The notes: generated by a model not told the origin, from the sequence alone. Shown: positions 13,470 to 26,232, counted from the first letter of the stretch. The stretch is DNA of 64,000 nucleotides from Eledone cirrhosa (GCA_964016885.1 OZ024741.1:144274001-144338000); one strand, 5' to 3'. Numbers and translations are program-made.

Positions 13470-16400
13470 TTACAGACACATACTCAGAGAAGGCCCATTC
13501 ATTCGGGCCATACTTGCTTCTCTCACCCATCTTTCAACAAAATGCTGGGAAGAGAGCACTTCCCTCTCTACCCTGATTTTCCTTTTCAGATGAAATTTGA
13601 GAAAGTTAATCAGGGCATCACCGAAGAGGTAAGTGCTCGTCTTCAGCCCTTTCAAACGTGTCCACCATACTATTTCTTTCGCCATGGCCACCAGACAGAT
13701 AAAAACTGCCTGCCCTTCCCGGATAAAGGAAGAGGGCGGGGCAATCCTCACGATGGACTCAGCTGATAGCTGGATCCGTCCTACACGTGACAGCAGGTGT
13801 TCGACATAAACCCACAAGTCAGCAATGCTCGGACACTGGACGAGTGCGTGCAGGACGGTTTCATCGCCCTGTGCGCATCTCGGACATGCCCGGCTGACGG
13901 CACCTCCATGCCTGTAAAGTTTATCCCGAACTGGCAAAGCACCACGGTAGCACTGCCAGGCCAGGGATTTCTGGAAGTTGTCCATAGGCCCCGGCCCGAA
14001 AGTCCTTCCGAAGAGATTGGCTAGTTGATTTTCGTCGACGCCTAGAGTTTCTCCAAGTACGTCGTCGCTCTTCCCCTCCACTAATCCCCTATAGAACGCC
14101 AAGGTGGAGTTTCCACCGATCACATTGCCCGATTGGTCGAGGGCTGTGAGCGCCTGAAGACATTCCAGTCTCCAAGCGCTCCCTCTCGGTGTTCGCTTGA
14201 CCCAGGACTGCAGCTCCGTCAAGGAGTCGAGCTGGGGAAAAACGTGTCTAGCAAACGGCGACCACACCTGATCACCGTCGAGGAAGAGGTGGAGATGTCG
14301 TAGCCTGAGCGCGTGTCTGCGCATCATCAGCCACGGCATGCCCAGCCCTCCACGTAGCGGGTGTTGACAGCAGATGGACCGCCTGACCATCGGAGCACGT
14401 CCCTTCCACAAAAAGCGAAAGAGCAAATGCTCCAGTGCAGTCAGGCGGGGATTAGGACAAGGTACGACGGTCAGGCGGTAGTAGATGACAGACGCGATGT
14501 ACGCGTTAGCCACTTCCGCTCGACCTTTCATGGATAGCTTCCTCTCGGCCCATTTCTGGGTGAGAGAAGCCACCCTGCTCGTCACCTCGTCCCAGATTTT
14601 GTCCGTCTGGAGGTCTGGACCGAACCAGACCCCTAACAATTTAACCGGTCCGTCCGTCCAGCGCCCGACGACGCTGTTGGACGGCATGGACCTGCCTCTC
14701 CAGGTGCCGAGCTGCAGGCCCACTGACTTTTCCTGGTTGATCATTGCTCCTGTCACCGCTTCGTATTCTCTTAGTGTAGTGCCGATCGCCTCGATGTGTT
14801 TGGCGTTTGACACCACTACGGTGACATCGTCGGCATATGCTGACACGGATCTTCCGCATCCTAGTTCGCGCGGGATCCCCCTCAACGTCTCCAGTTTGTG
14901 CAGTAATGGCTCAAGAGTCAATACGTACAATAGGGACGAGAGGGGACATCCTTGGCAAACCGAGCGCATGATGTTGAACGGTTCCGAAAGGTGACCGTTC
15001 ACTCTCACTACAGAGCAGATGTTGCTGTGCATGGCAGCGATCCAGCCTCTGAAGACGGGCCCAAAGCCAGCCGCCCTCAGGACTGCCGCTAGGTAACGAT
15101 GGTCGACCTTATCGAAGGCTTTCGACTGATCTAAATTGATCAAAGAGCACCCGTGCCAGGTTCCCTAGCTACCCTCTCTACGATGTATCGTATGAGGTGG
15201 AGGTTGTCGTGGATGGATCTGTCGGGAATGGCGCATGTCTGTGCCTCTCCCACCAGACCACCAACGACAAGCGCCAACCTCTTTGCTAGCACCTTGGCCA
15301 AAATCTTGAACTCTGTGTTTAGCAGAGTTATGGGCCTAAAATTATCTATGTTATCCCCCTTGTTCGGATCCTTTCACAGCAGCGCCACCGCTCCTCGGCT
15401 CACAGAGCTGGGAATTCTCCCGTTCTGTTGCCAGTTGCAGTAGACGTCCGCCAAGAGGCCTCCGAACAAGTTTGGCATTTGTACGTAAAGTTCATAGGGC
15501 AGACCATCCAAACCAGGCGATTTACCCCTTGTGCAACTAGTCATTGCATCCCGTACTTCAGCGGCTGTTATCGGCTTTTCGCAACACTTCGCCTCAGTGG
15601 CCGAAAGCCGCGGCAGTCCGTCGAGGTAGACACTAAAGTCCATCCCTCGATCCGGCCCGCCACTGCCCCCGAACAGTTGAGCGAAGTGTCGCTGAAAAGC
15701 TTCACACATTTGCCCGGGATCGAGTAGCATGCGCCCGTCGTGGTCCACCAAAGACCGGATCGTGGCTTTGTTGCCACGACGCGCCTCCGCCACTCGGGCC
15801 CATTGAACGGCTTTCGTCCCCTCGTGTCTGAGAGCACGCACCCTAGCTCTGACAACGCAGCCTTCGTGCTTTGCATTGAAGAATTGGTCAAGGGCCAATT
15901 TCGCCGCAAGTACGTCGGTCGCGATGCCTTTGCTAAGCGCCTCATCTAATTTTCTAACTAATTCTCCCTCTGCTCTATTTTTCTCTATTACTAAAGTCTT
16001 ACTAAACCTAATGGACTCTATTCTAATTGCTCTTTTCAGAGCCAACCACCACTTGTTGTTGACGATGGCCCCCGTCAACGCCCGCTTAACTAGTTCGCTA
16101 ATCCGGTCTCTGTAGGCCTTGCGCGCTGGTAAGGACGCGTTTAGCTTCCAGTAGCCGGGTCCTCGTCTATGAAGCCTATCTAAGTCAAGCACACAGATCA
16201 CGAATTTGTGGTCCGTGTAGCTGACTATCTTGAATTGTGGACAGCCTATGCTAGACCTATCTATTTCCCTACAAAATACTCTATCTAGATATGATCTGGA
16301 TGACCCTATGCGATTTGTCCAAGTCCACATTGGTACATTCGGGAAATCCATTCGGTACCTGTCAGACAGTTCAAAACGTCTGAGCAGGTTGGTGAGACTC

Positions 16401-16888
16401 TTGCACCCTCCTTCCCTATCCACTAATCCCACACAATCCCAGCGTGCATCTAAGATCCCGTTCCAGTCGCCCACTAACACTAAAGAGCGGGACGTTCCAA
16501 GAAAGGTCTCCAGACGCCGAAAGAAATCAGGCCGCCCTGCTCCTGTCGGGGCATAAACGGCCACTAACCTGAAAGCTTGCCCGTCTCCGCTGGTCACGTC
16601 CAGCACCACCAACTTACCTTCTGGGTCCAGGAAGATGGCCCGTATGGCAAGATCCAAACCTCTCCGAAAAAGCACAGCAACTCCTCCCCCCGATCCCGGA
16701 CGGCTGGGAGATGCGTACACATCGTAGCCGCCGAAGATCGGTGCGAAAGCCTGTGCTTCGGAGATTCTGGTCTCGCTGATGGCCACTACATCTATGTTTA
16801 GTGACCTGAGGTCGTTGAGCAGGTGGCTCTGCTTCCATGACGACCCCAAGCCACGCGCATTTATGCTGCCTATTCTGAGTGAGGTCAT
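13470..16888 (-). pseudogene. Tx1-like ORF2, copy B, disrupted
   Basis: Near-identical to ORF2 of copy A; AGA>TGA stop at 15374-15376 and a 1-nt deletion near 15148. Confidence 0.92.
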
Positions 16889-16922
16889 GTTGAAATGGAG
16901 TGGAAAAGATGGGAAAGACCAC

Positions 16923-18926
16923 TTACCTTATTTCTCGTAGGGGAAGGACGGTTTTTCCATCCTTTTCACTGCTTGTGGCCTCCTCAGGAAGGATGTCCTT
17001 ATAAATCCTCATGGAGAGTGCTTGTCGGAAGTCTCCGATGTCTTTGGGGAATTTTTGTTTTAGTGTCATGTACGTTTTCTGTGTGATGCGAGTGATTTGT
17101 ATGTGTGGAGGTGGTGTGAATTTTGGGGTTGTTGTGTAGTCTTTTTCTGTGATGCTGGTGTTGTGTTGGATGTAGTGTAATAATTGCTTGTTGTTCAAAT
17201 TTAATGCTGTGTAGTGTGTATCGTTTTGGTTGTTTTGTTTTGTTTGCGTTTGTTGTGGGTTTGTTTCTGTTTCGCATTTTGGTGACCTTTGTGGTGTAGG
17301 TGATGGTGGTGTTGGGGTTAATGATGGTGATGGTGTTGGTGTTTGGGTTGATGGGGTTGGTGATGCTGGTGTGGATGGTGGCATATCTGTCCTAACTTTT
17401 TTGTTTCTTAATTTATTTGTTTCCCTCTGTATTTTGTTTTTGGAGAGGGAAGGAAGAGAATTTTTTCTTTTTTGGTTTCTTTTTTTTTTTCCGGATATCG
17501 TTTCCCACTCCTCGTCGTCACAATCTGTCTCCAGTTGTGATAGGCCTGGGAGTGGAAAATCCTCCACAGGCGTTAGTTTTGGTTGTGGCGTGGTGGATGG
17601 TGTAGTCGCTGGTGCTAGTTCTGAAGTGTTTGGTGGTGGTGTTGGTTTTGCTGGTGGTGGTGGTGTTGGTTTTGCTACTGTTGCTGGGGTTGTTGCTGTT
17701 ATAGTTGCTTCTGTTGTTGCTGCTACAGTTGTTGCTGCCATCTCTGCTACTGGTGGTGTTGATGGTTGTGTCACTGGGGTGGGTAGGAGAGGTGGCCTCA
17801 ACCTTTTAGCCTGAGGGCAGAAAGCCCTTAGGTGGGTTCCTTTACCACAAACGACACACCTATGTCTTCTGCCCTCGACAATTCCCGTGAGGTGGCTGTC
17901 GTCAGTGAGGTCTATTACCTCTGGGATCTCCTCAATGCTTTTTTGGTCCGCTTGGATCAGGAGCTCCATCCCAGATCCGGACCAGTTCTCCTGCTTTTCT
18001 TTTGCTACTGCTATTAATTTTGTGTTGGCTTCGATGCCGGCGAGGACGGCCGCTATTAGCCAGGGAATTTCGATGGCCGGTGGAACGTGGGTCACCCTGA
18101 TCTTTACGAGTCTCTGGCCACAATAGCTTGGGATGAGTGTGAAGTCGTCACTTCTTAATGGGGCCATGGAGTGTTCTCTAGCCTCCTCTGGTATTTCAAA
18201 GAACACGTCCACGGTTCCATACTTTTGCCCACGTCTGATGTGGGTTTTTCTTGCCCACACATGTCCCAAAGATTTTTGGATTTGGGACTCGGATGCCCGT
18301 TCCACTCGGCGCGATTTTACATTTATTGTTCTATACGACACGATGCATAGGCGCCGATGCTCCATTTTATTAGGTGGGGGGTGGGGGTGGGGTGGGGGTG
18401 AGGCTGACCCTGTACCCATCTTTCTTTACCATTTGTTTGGCATTTTCTAAATCTTCCTGAGTTACCGTAAATGCTTCGAACTGTTTTGCTACTCTGGCGA
18501 AACTGAGGGTCGGTTTTATAATGTCATTGTTGTTGTTGTTGCTATCGTTATTTGTGTTAATATTAATTTTAGTTTCAGTCGTGGTGGTGGTGACGTCAGT
18601 CGTCTTTGGTGGGGAAGAGTCCATTTTGCTTGATTTCATTTCGAAATCACGAGTTAATTTATTTTTTTCTTCTTTTGTTTCTGTTGTCGCGGAGGTGGTG
18701 GGGGTGGTGGTTGTCGCGGTGGTGGTGGTGGTGGAGGCTTTAACACCTTCAGTCATTGGTAATGGCGGGAAATGAATGTCTGCCTGAGACAAATTTAAAA
18801 TATTGCTACTGCTTATATTTTTTTTGTGTTGGCAAATGTAGTAACATTTACAATGGTGGTGTCGGTGTGAGGTGTTAATTTGTGAGGAAGGCTTTCAGCT
18901 GCTTCGTGCAGAGGTGAATTAGCCAT
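16923..18926 (-). pseudogene. Tx1-like ORF1, copy B, frameshifted
   Basis: Probable start MANSPLHE at 18926; frameshifts in the A-run near 18820 and the G/C-rich tract near 18390; knuckle CVVCGKGTHLRAFC; core homologous to ORF1 of copy A (KSRRVERA.E.QIQK.LG.VW.RKTHI.RG). Confidence 0.82.
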
Positions 18927-19164
18927 TTTTTTTCAAAGAAATTTTTGATAATAATAAAAGTTTAAATTTTGGGCACAAGGCCCCAATCTTTTTGGGTGTC
19001 CTTTTCGGAAAACAATGTATGTGCGCTTATAAACAGTTAACAATAAAATTTTCCATAAATGACAATTTTTAACAAACGGAAATAACAAACCTTTGCAGAG
19101 CTCACGATGATACGATTTACTACGTAGGTCGCCAACAATAATAATAATAATAATAATAATAATA

Positions 19165-19350
19165 ATTGTTTCTACTTTAGGCACAAGGCCAGCAAATTAC
19201 CCAGTGCATTACTGGTACTTTATTTTATTGACCCCGTAAGGATGAAAGGCAAAGTCAACCTCGGCGGGATTTGAACTCAGATCGTAAAGGGACGTAACTA
19301 TGCTGGAAAGCATGGCGTCCGACCTTCTACTGATACTGCCAATCCACCGA
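19165..19350 (-). mobile_element. Dominant tRNA-derived SINE
   Basis: Full diagnostic block with A and B boxes. Confidence 0.9.
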
Positions 19351-19365
19351 ATAATAATAATAATA

Positions 19366-20610
19366 AGATATAGATAGAATATATCTCCCTAGGAAAGAAG
19401 GAGGACGTGGGTTAATCCAGTTAGACATTGCGTTGAAAACTGCAACAATTGGATTATCTACATATCTAAGGGAATCACATGATTGGATGATCAAACTCGT
19501 TTTGAAACACGAAAGCATCAAAAGATCATATTCCATTACAAAAGATACACAAAGATACAGTAATGGACTACACATTTCAGAAGTCCCATTTACTGCTGAA
19601 ATGGAAAACACAGAAAAAGCAAAGCAGGTAAAAGTAACTGCAAAGAAAGAACTGCTACAGAAACTGGCTAAGAAATGGCAAGAAAAGCCTCTGTATGGAA
19701 AATACCCAGAGCGAGCTAACAATCCTGATGTTGACAAAACTTTAACCCATCAGTGGTTGGCATCCTCTGGACTGAAATCGGAGACTGAAGGACTGATTAT
19801 ATCAGCACAAGATCAGTGTCTGCCAACAAAAAATTACCAAGCCAACATAATAAAAAAATGGATGCAGCCCATTATGCCGTGTATGTAAAAAAACAACCAG
19901 AGACCATTGACCATATAATTTCAATGTGCAGTCCTATAGCTCCAACCGAATACCTAAACAGGCATGACAGAGCTGCACAATACATACATTGGATAATGTG
20001 TAAGCATTTTGACCTGCCCCATCAAAAGAATTGGTGGAGCATCAACCACCTCCCATACTTGAAAAAGATCACATCTCAATCTTGTGGAACTTTAGCATCC
20101 AAACAGACCGAAAAATAGATGCAAATTGACCTGATATAATATTGAAGGACTTTAAAAAGAGGGTATGCCTGCTAATTGATATGTCTGTTCCAATAGACAA
20201 GAATGTATCTATAAAAACATTTGAAAAATTGAGCAAGTATAAGGACCTGGAGATAGAAATTGGAAAAATGTGGAAATTGAGAACTAAAACAATACCAGTG
20301 GTTGTAGGCGCTCTGGGAATGATACCTAAGGGGTCTAATGATTACTTATCGCAAATCCCAGGAAACCCGCGTATAGGATAAATACAAAAGATAGTACTAA
20401 TGGGAACTGCCCATATACTAAGGAAGATTCTGTCAATATAAGTACATCACAAGTCTAAACACTAAAGATGCATGTGTGAGTATGTATGTTCTTTCTTGAA
20501 CATGGCGGACCTTGTTGTCTCTTGAGGTCACTGGTTGTGACTTGCAGATAACTCGTATGAACATAAAGCAAGATAAATGCAACTGTAATAATAATAATAA
20601 TAATAATAAG
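19366..20610 (+). mobile_element. 5'-truncated R4/Dong-type non-LTR retrotransposon (RLE endonuclease)
   Basis: DRIYLPRKEGGRGL, ETEGLIISAQDQ, CxxC..H..C, RHD, PD..D (LIDMSVP), KLSKYKDL, PVVVGALG; (AAT)n on both sides; several frameshifts. Confidence 0.88.
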
Positions 20611-20819
20611 AAGAAGACATTGGAAATATGGTAAAGAAAGTGTCAATTCTTAAAGCTTTTTCTTGTTCTTATTTTGTATTACTCCTTTTATACTATTTTA
20701 TTTCCAATATTGGCAGTTGGTTTATTCAATAGATATCTGCTCGCAGTGGAGAAGAACATAAATGGCATTCTAAGGAAGGTTGTTACACCTTGGCACGTTC
20801 ACTGTATCACTGTAAGTAA

Positions 20820-20945
20820 TTATATCAACCCAGTATTCCAAAGGGTACTTTAATTTATCCACTCCGGAATGATGAAAGAAAAAGAAAGTTGACCTTAACC
20901 GTGTTTGAACCCAGAAGATAAAGAGCCATAACTAAATGCCGCAAT
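20820..20945 (-). mobile_element. Degenerate SINE fragment
   Basis: GGTACTTTAATTTATCCACTCCGGAATGATGAAAG...TTTGAACCCAGAA. Confidence 0.6.
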
Positions 20946-20948
20946 GAA

Positions 20949-21440
20949 TTCTTCTTCTTCTTCTTCTTCTTCTTCTTCTTCTTCTTCTTCTTCTTCTTCT
21001 TCTTCTTCTTCTTCTTCTTCTTCTTCTTCTTCTTCTTCTTCTTCTTCTTCTTCTTCTTCTTCTTCTTCTTCTTCTTCTTCCCCCCCCCCCTCCTCCTTGG
21101 GAGGCAGAGTCCTCAAGCACGCCTTCCAGCAGGTCCTGTCAGAAACAACACCCTTCAACGATCCGGTTAGAACCCCAAGCGCAACTAGCCGAGCTGTGGA
21201 CGATATCCAACCATCTTGCTCAGGGTCTATCCTGGATCCCCTGCCAGTTGTTTATTGTCGGTAAAATCTGTCCAGTGTTTCTTTCCTGAGACATTCTGAC
21301 CACATACTGATCTCCGAGTTACACACTCTATGCAGTAACATTACTTGAAGAACCCTTCGGAGGAACCCCACTTCCGTTGCTTGTACTCGAAATCGTATTC
21401 TTTACCCAAGATTCATGACCATAGGTAAGTGTTAACACGA
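20949..21440 (-). mobile_element. RTE-clade LINE 3' fragment with long (GAA)n tail
   Basis: Reverse complement homologous to 6745-7120; (TTC)n at 20949-21080 is its tail. Confidence 0.78.
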
Positions 21441-22264
21441 TTACAACATTTTCAATCTAGAGTTGTTATTTAATAATACATACGCACGCCAACACACAGA
21501 CATACATACACACATGCACGCACACATGCACAAACACACGCGCATACACATACACACGTACCATTGTTCTACTTTGTAAAACAGAGATATGTGTATATGT
21601 GTGTGTAGATGAGTGTATTAATTCATATGTACGAACGTGCAAATAAACTGACGATAATCATTCTTCACGTGATGTGAGAAAGTTATTTCGGTTAATTGAA
21701 GAAGACCAGAGTTTGCCACACACTGATAGGAAGGATGTTATCTACACCACGATCGTTAGTTCGGTTGGGGAATTTGCGCTCATTATCCCTAGCATACCCC
21801 AGGCTGGTTTGGTTTCATTGGTTCTTTATTTGCTAAGCCACCTCAGTAGGGAAAACATTTTCGTAGTTGGATTCTGAACCTACTAATTGCATTTCTCGAG
21901 GGTACATTTTGGGGTCCTTTGTTACAGAACTTTCTGGATTCTTCATGTTTTAATGTTAGTTTTAACATCAAATCCTTTGCCTGACCCAAGTATGTATTTT
22001 ACATACTCGGATCAGGCCTGTGGTGATGGTCTTAAGTGACAGTTAGAGTTGCATTAATCCCTCACCGCCTTCTTTTTTGGAGCGATCTACATATATCGAA
22101 AACCGGGTTGTTACGTAGCCTACAGTCAGTGATTGAAGAAGCGAGCATTATTTTCTGTTTGTTCAAGTCTCTTGCGTGTTTTGTCCTCGTTCTGCTCACT
22201 TTGCTATCTTTCAGTGATTGAAATTTTGAAACCGCATGCACATTTGGTCTCTATTCCCCCCCCC

Positions 22265-24505
22265 CCTTTCTCTTAATTTCGAGTATATTTTTTTGACCGG
22301 TCACCTTCCTGGTGGCAAGGTTGTAAAAGAAAAGAAATTGTCATCCCTTGAATCGCAAGAATGTTTTGCAAATTTTGAAGGTGCCAGCTATCGCAGCCAT
22401 TTGTAGACTATGAATTAGGGAGCTGCGCTTTTTGTCCGCAAATCCAAGTTCAGTCATACTTTGGTTCAAGCGGGTTGGTATATAACCCGTAGCTTCAATA
22501 ATGATGGGTATGAAGCTAAAGGTGTATCTTGGATACTGAATTTGTAAACTCCTCATCAATGGTCCGTAAATGTCCTCCTTCTCCTGTATTTTTCTGACAA
22601 CGTTTACATCAAGAGGGCAGTTGATCTCCTCAACAGAACACGTTTTCAATGTGTGGTCCCAAACAACAATATCAGGCCGGTTGTGCTTTAATTTGGTGGC
22701 AGTTTTTATTTTCAGCTTCCACCAGTATTCCTTAGTGCCATCTGTCTCAATATATTCTTCCTCGTTTGTTAATTTTGTTTTCCGAAGTGCGTTCCAGATT
22801 GTTCTAGCTATCCCATCGTGTCTCATGGGGAGGTAGTAGCGAGATGACTTTCTTTCGCAGCTGGCAACAATGTGGCTTACATCCTCGATCTTTGTTTTAC
22901 ATAGCCTACATTTATTGTCAGCTGCTGGCCCTCCCCTTTTGTGCAGCAGATATTTGGTAGGGAGTTCTTGTTCCTGTATTGCATAGAGATATCCCTCAAG
23001 GTGTGATGTCATAAACTTGTCGGAACTCCATGCCAGGCTTTTTGAGTGGTTTATCCCCTCTATGGTCTGTGTTTTACGTCTCAAGTATCCATGCACAACT
23101 TTTTCTGTAAATTGGTCAATTTTTTCATCTTGTTTGAACATTGAATAGGATCTTCCGATTTCTCTGGGTGAGAGATTTATATCAGGCTTTATTCCATATC
23201 TCTCCTCCAGATCAGTCGCTATTCTAATGATATTTTTTTTTTCATGCTCATAAACCTGGGCAAGATGGTTGCCAATCTTTTTCCTCTGTTGAAGGTGTTG
23301 TTTCAGTGTTACTATCCGGGTCTCATATGTTGTTAATATGGATTTTAGACCCCGGCCACCTTCCTTGCGTGAGAAGTATAGCCTATCCACATCACCATTG
23401 ATGTTAAAGTTCCCAGTAACACTGAGAAGTTTGCGAGTTCTAACATCCATCTCACTTAGTTCTTGCAATGACCAGTTCAGCAGGCCAATTGTTGGCGTTA
23501 GAATTGGCACAGCATAAGTATTGTGGGCAATGTATTTGTTGTACGCTGACAGTTCTGATGACCATATTTTCTTTACTCTTCTGAGGTATTCAGTTCTGGT
23601 TCTCTCCTTATTTATGGGTCCATCATATCTGAGATTCTCGTCCTGTCCAAGATATCTGTAGTTGTCACCTGACTGTAGGTTGTATTGTCAGGCCGTTCAT
23701 CCCTAGATTTCTAGAGGAGGGCTTAGCTCTTCCACGTTTTACTGCCAAATATGCACACTTGGACTCACCAAATTTCATTTTGATGTCTGTTGAAAATTGT
23801 GTAATGAGGTCCAATTGTTTCTTGATGTCATTGATATTGGCCCATACAACTTCAGGTCATCAACAAAGAAAAGATGGGAGATACTTCTGGACCTACTTCT
23901 TTGTCCACCTTGTTTCCTGAGTAGGTAAGATAGTGGATTTAGTGAGAGAACGAAGAGTAGCACTGACAAGCTATCTCCCTGAAAGATGCCCTTCTGGTAA
24001 TGTATCTTATCAGTCTTAACTTGCTCCTTCTCACCTCTAAGGATCAAATTGGTGTACCAGTTCTTGGTCAGGCGTTCAACAGCAGCTACCAATGGTTGTG
24101 GGACTTTGGCTAACTGTAAAGCCTTAATAATCCACCCATGAGGTACACTATCAAATGCTTTTTGATAGTCCAGCCACACGACAGTCATGTTTCTGCGATT
24201 CTTTGTTGTTTTTTCCTGAAACATTTTATTAGTTAGTAGCTGATCTATGCAACCCCACACCTCCCTCTTTCCACCAGCTTGCTCAGGTGTTATGATGTTG
24301 TTGGTAGCACAGTGATCCTGTAAGAACAGGTTAAAGCACCCAGTATATAATTTATACATGATGTTTTGGCAGGCTATTGGGCGGTAATTTTTAGCAAGGG
24401 CGGTTTGGCTATTTTTGGGAATGAGGAGAGTAGTGGCAGTTGATAACCATCTGGGCAGTTCTTGTGTGCCTTTAATGGTTTCTGTAAACAGCCGTATGAG
24501 ATCTT
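22265..24505 (-). mobile_element. R4-clade RLE non-LTR retrotransposon (RT + CCHC + RLE), 5' truncated or interrupted
   Basis: NYRPIAC, WLDYQKAFDSVPH, GIFQGDSLS, FFVDDLKLY; ORF 22341-23510 with CRLC..H..C, RHD, RPDIVVWD. Confidence 0.9.
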
Positions 24506-25005
24506 GCCGTCGCATGGTCGGGTCGTCGGCGACTAAACCGGCAACCTCACCAAGTTTACACTTGGTGAGGAGGGTAATTTTGGACACCCGGCAGGACAAA
24601 AAACAAAACCTGACAAAGGGCGGAAGAACTCATAAGAGTCAACGGCCATCCAGAAGTATGTAAATATGTATGTACTGCGCGGTTAAACCACTGGGAGTGA
24701 AGGACCCCTAGCCTTTCTCAGGGCATTCTTCTAGGAGAAGGCAACTCAGGAGACCTGGGATAACTCCGATATAAAACCTGCGGCTCAGTAGTTACCGATG
24801 ATGTTGATCTTTTCTTCTTTTCGGGTTATAGCTATTGTCGCTCAGAGAGTGGGATTGGCTCAGTGCACAGTCTTTCCTCACTTTAAAAAATATCTTCACG
24901 CACAGGCATTGTACGATAGGATTAATTAATAGTTATTAATAATGGTATATCTTGCAATGGCCATATTCGATAACGAGGAGGCAGCCATCATGTATGTATG
25001 TAAGT
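24506..25005 (+). mobile_element. Internally deleted (bipartite) RTE-derived element: 5'UTR-like part joined to BovB-like 3' end
   Basis: RTE-5'UTR-like GGGCATTCTTCTAGGAGAAGGCAACTC; 3' end CAATGGCCATATTCGATAACGAGG..ATCATGTATGTATG matches 59208-59260. Confidence 0.55.
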
Positions 25006-25014
25006 ATCTCTCTG

Positions 25015-25124
<110 letters not shown>

Positions 25125-25349
25125 TCTGCGGTGGTGAGAGCGAAGAGACCACTAATCATGGGAGTACTCAATGTATGGGGAGATGCAGAGTGAGTATAGA
25201 AACAGGTATCATCCCGTCCGCGGCGCCCGGCGGTTTCGTCTTGTGTTTTCAAGGGCGTAGGAACTTTTGCTGCGGTCTCTCTATCTCGCTCTCTTTTCTT
25301 TCTCTCTCTCTCTCACTCTTTTCTCTCTCTCCCGCTCCCCTCTCTCTCT

Positions 25350-25385
<36 letters not shown>

Positions 25386-25386
<1 letters not shown>

Positions 25387-25551
25387 ACAAAGAAGGTGTC
25401 GTAAGATACCAGGTTGACCATAACGCACCAGAGTACTCGATACTTAGGGTAGAAGAGTGGGTAGTAGGGAAAGAGTCAGGACCCCGACGGCTGAGCTCCG
25501 GCCGTTTCGACAGCTTGATCCAAGCTCAGCCGTCGCGGTCCTGACTCTTTT

Positions 25552-25555
<4 letters not shown>
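25386..25555 (-). mobile_element. (TA)n-embedded fold-back element, half-hammerhead family
   Basis: Body GACCATAACGCACCAGAGTACTCGATACTTAGGGTAG plus an inverted duplication around GACCCCGACGGCTGAGCTC; (TA)n on both sides. Confidence 0.8.
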
Positions 25556-25634
<79 letters not shown>

Positions 25635-26129
25635 ATAAAGTATGTCCATAGAATCATTTGATAAGATATATACACCATCTCCTCTCCCAATCAGCATAAT
25701 CAACCACACAAAAAACCAATTAAACAAGGCTATAAGATTAAAAGGCACCTATGAAGAAATAATATATAAATAAACGGCATCTATCTATCCGCGATCAACA
25801 GCTATAGAATATTTACCCAGCATTTCTAATAGCACGTGGAAATCGATTAAATATATCGTCAACCATACACAATTAGGTATAAAATCAAAGTTAGAAGAAA
25901 AAATGTATATAAGCATATCAAAATTATGTTTCTACCCCATGAGGTTTCATTCGCTTTTTGGAAATATCCGATCAAGGATAAATTCACGAGTTGCGAAATC
26001 ATCAGGAAACAAACTCACTTGGACGAAGATTTTTCGTAAATGATCCCCGCCAGAAACGAATTCAAAATGGCTAAGAACTGTGACGTGGCAGTGGTCAAGT
26101 CAGATATATATATATATATATCAGAATGG

Positions 26130-26232
26130 AGGCGGTAAAAACCAGTTAGACCATTACTCACCAGAGTACTCGATACTTGGGGTAGTAGAGTGGGTAATAT
26201 GAAAAATTCGGGACCTCGACGGCTAAGCTCTG
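26130..26232 (-). mobile_element. Truncated copy of the half-hammerhead fold-back family
   Basis: CCAGAGTACTCGATACTTGGGGTAGTAGAGTGGGTAAT...GACCTCGACGGCTAAGCTC. Confidence 0.7.

Larger units (their letters stand above)
13224..19136 (-). mobile_element. Full-length Tx1/L1-clade LINE, copy B, tandem with copy A
   Basis: Same architecture as copy A; separated from it only by (AAT)n 13197-13223; (AAT)n 19137-19166 at its 5' flank. Confidence 0.93.

Noticed and set aside
8449-18775. Plus-strand ORFs of 100-213 aa overlapping the Tx1 elements
   Set aside because: Antisense shadows of GC-rich or low-complexity LINE ORFs; they recur only because the element is duplicated.
20895-21264. Poly-E, poly-R and poly-S ORFs
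   Set aside because: Derived from the (GAA)n tail of an RTE fragment.
25130-25280. Short GC-richer island between microsatellites with a frame resembling an APE N-terminus (LIMGVLNVWG)
   Set aside because: Too short and does not extend into further endonuclease motifs.
25640-26015. Possible Penelope GIY-YIG remnant and a CTGATGA on the minus strand near 26010
   Set aside because: No convincing reading frame, and no GAAA or stem I partner in the right position.
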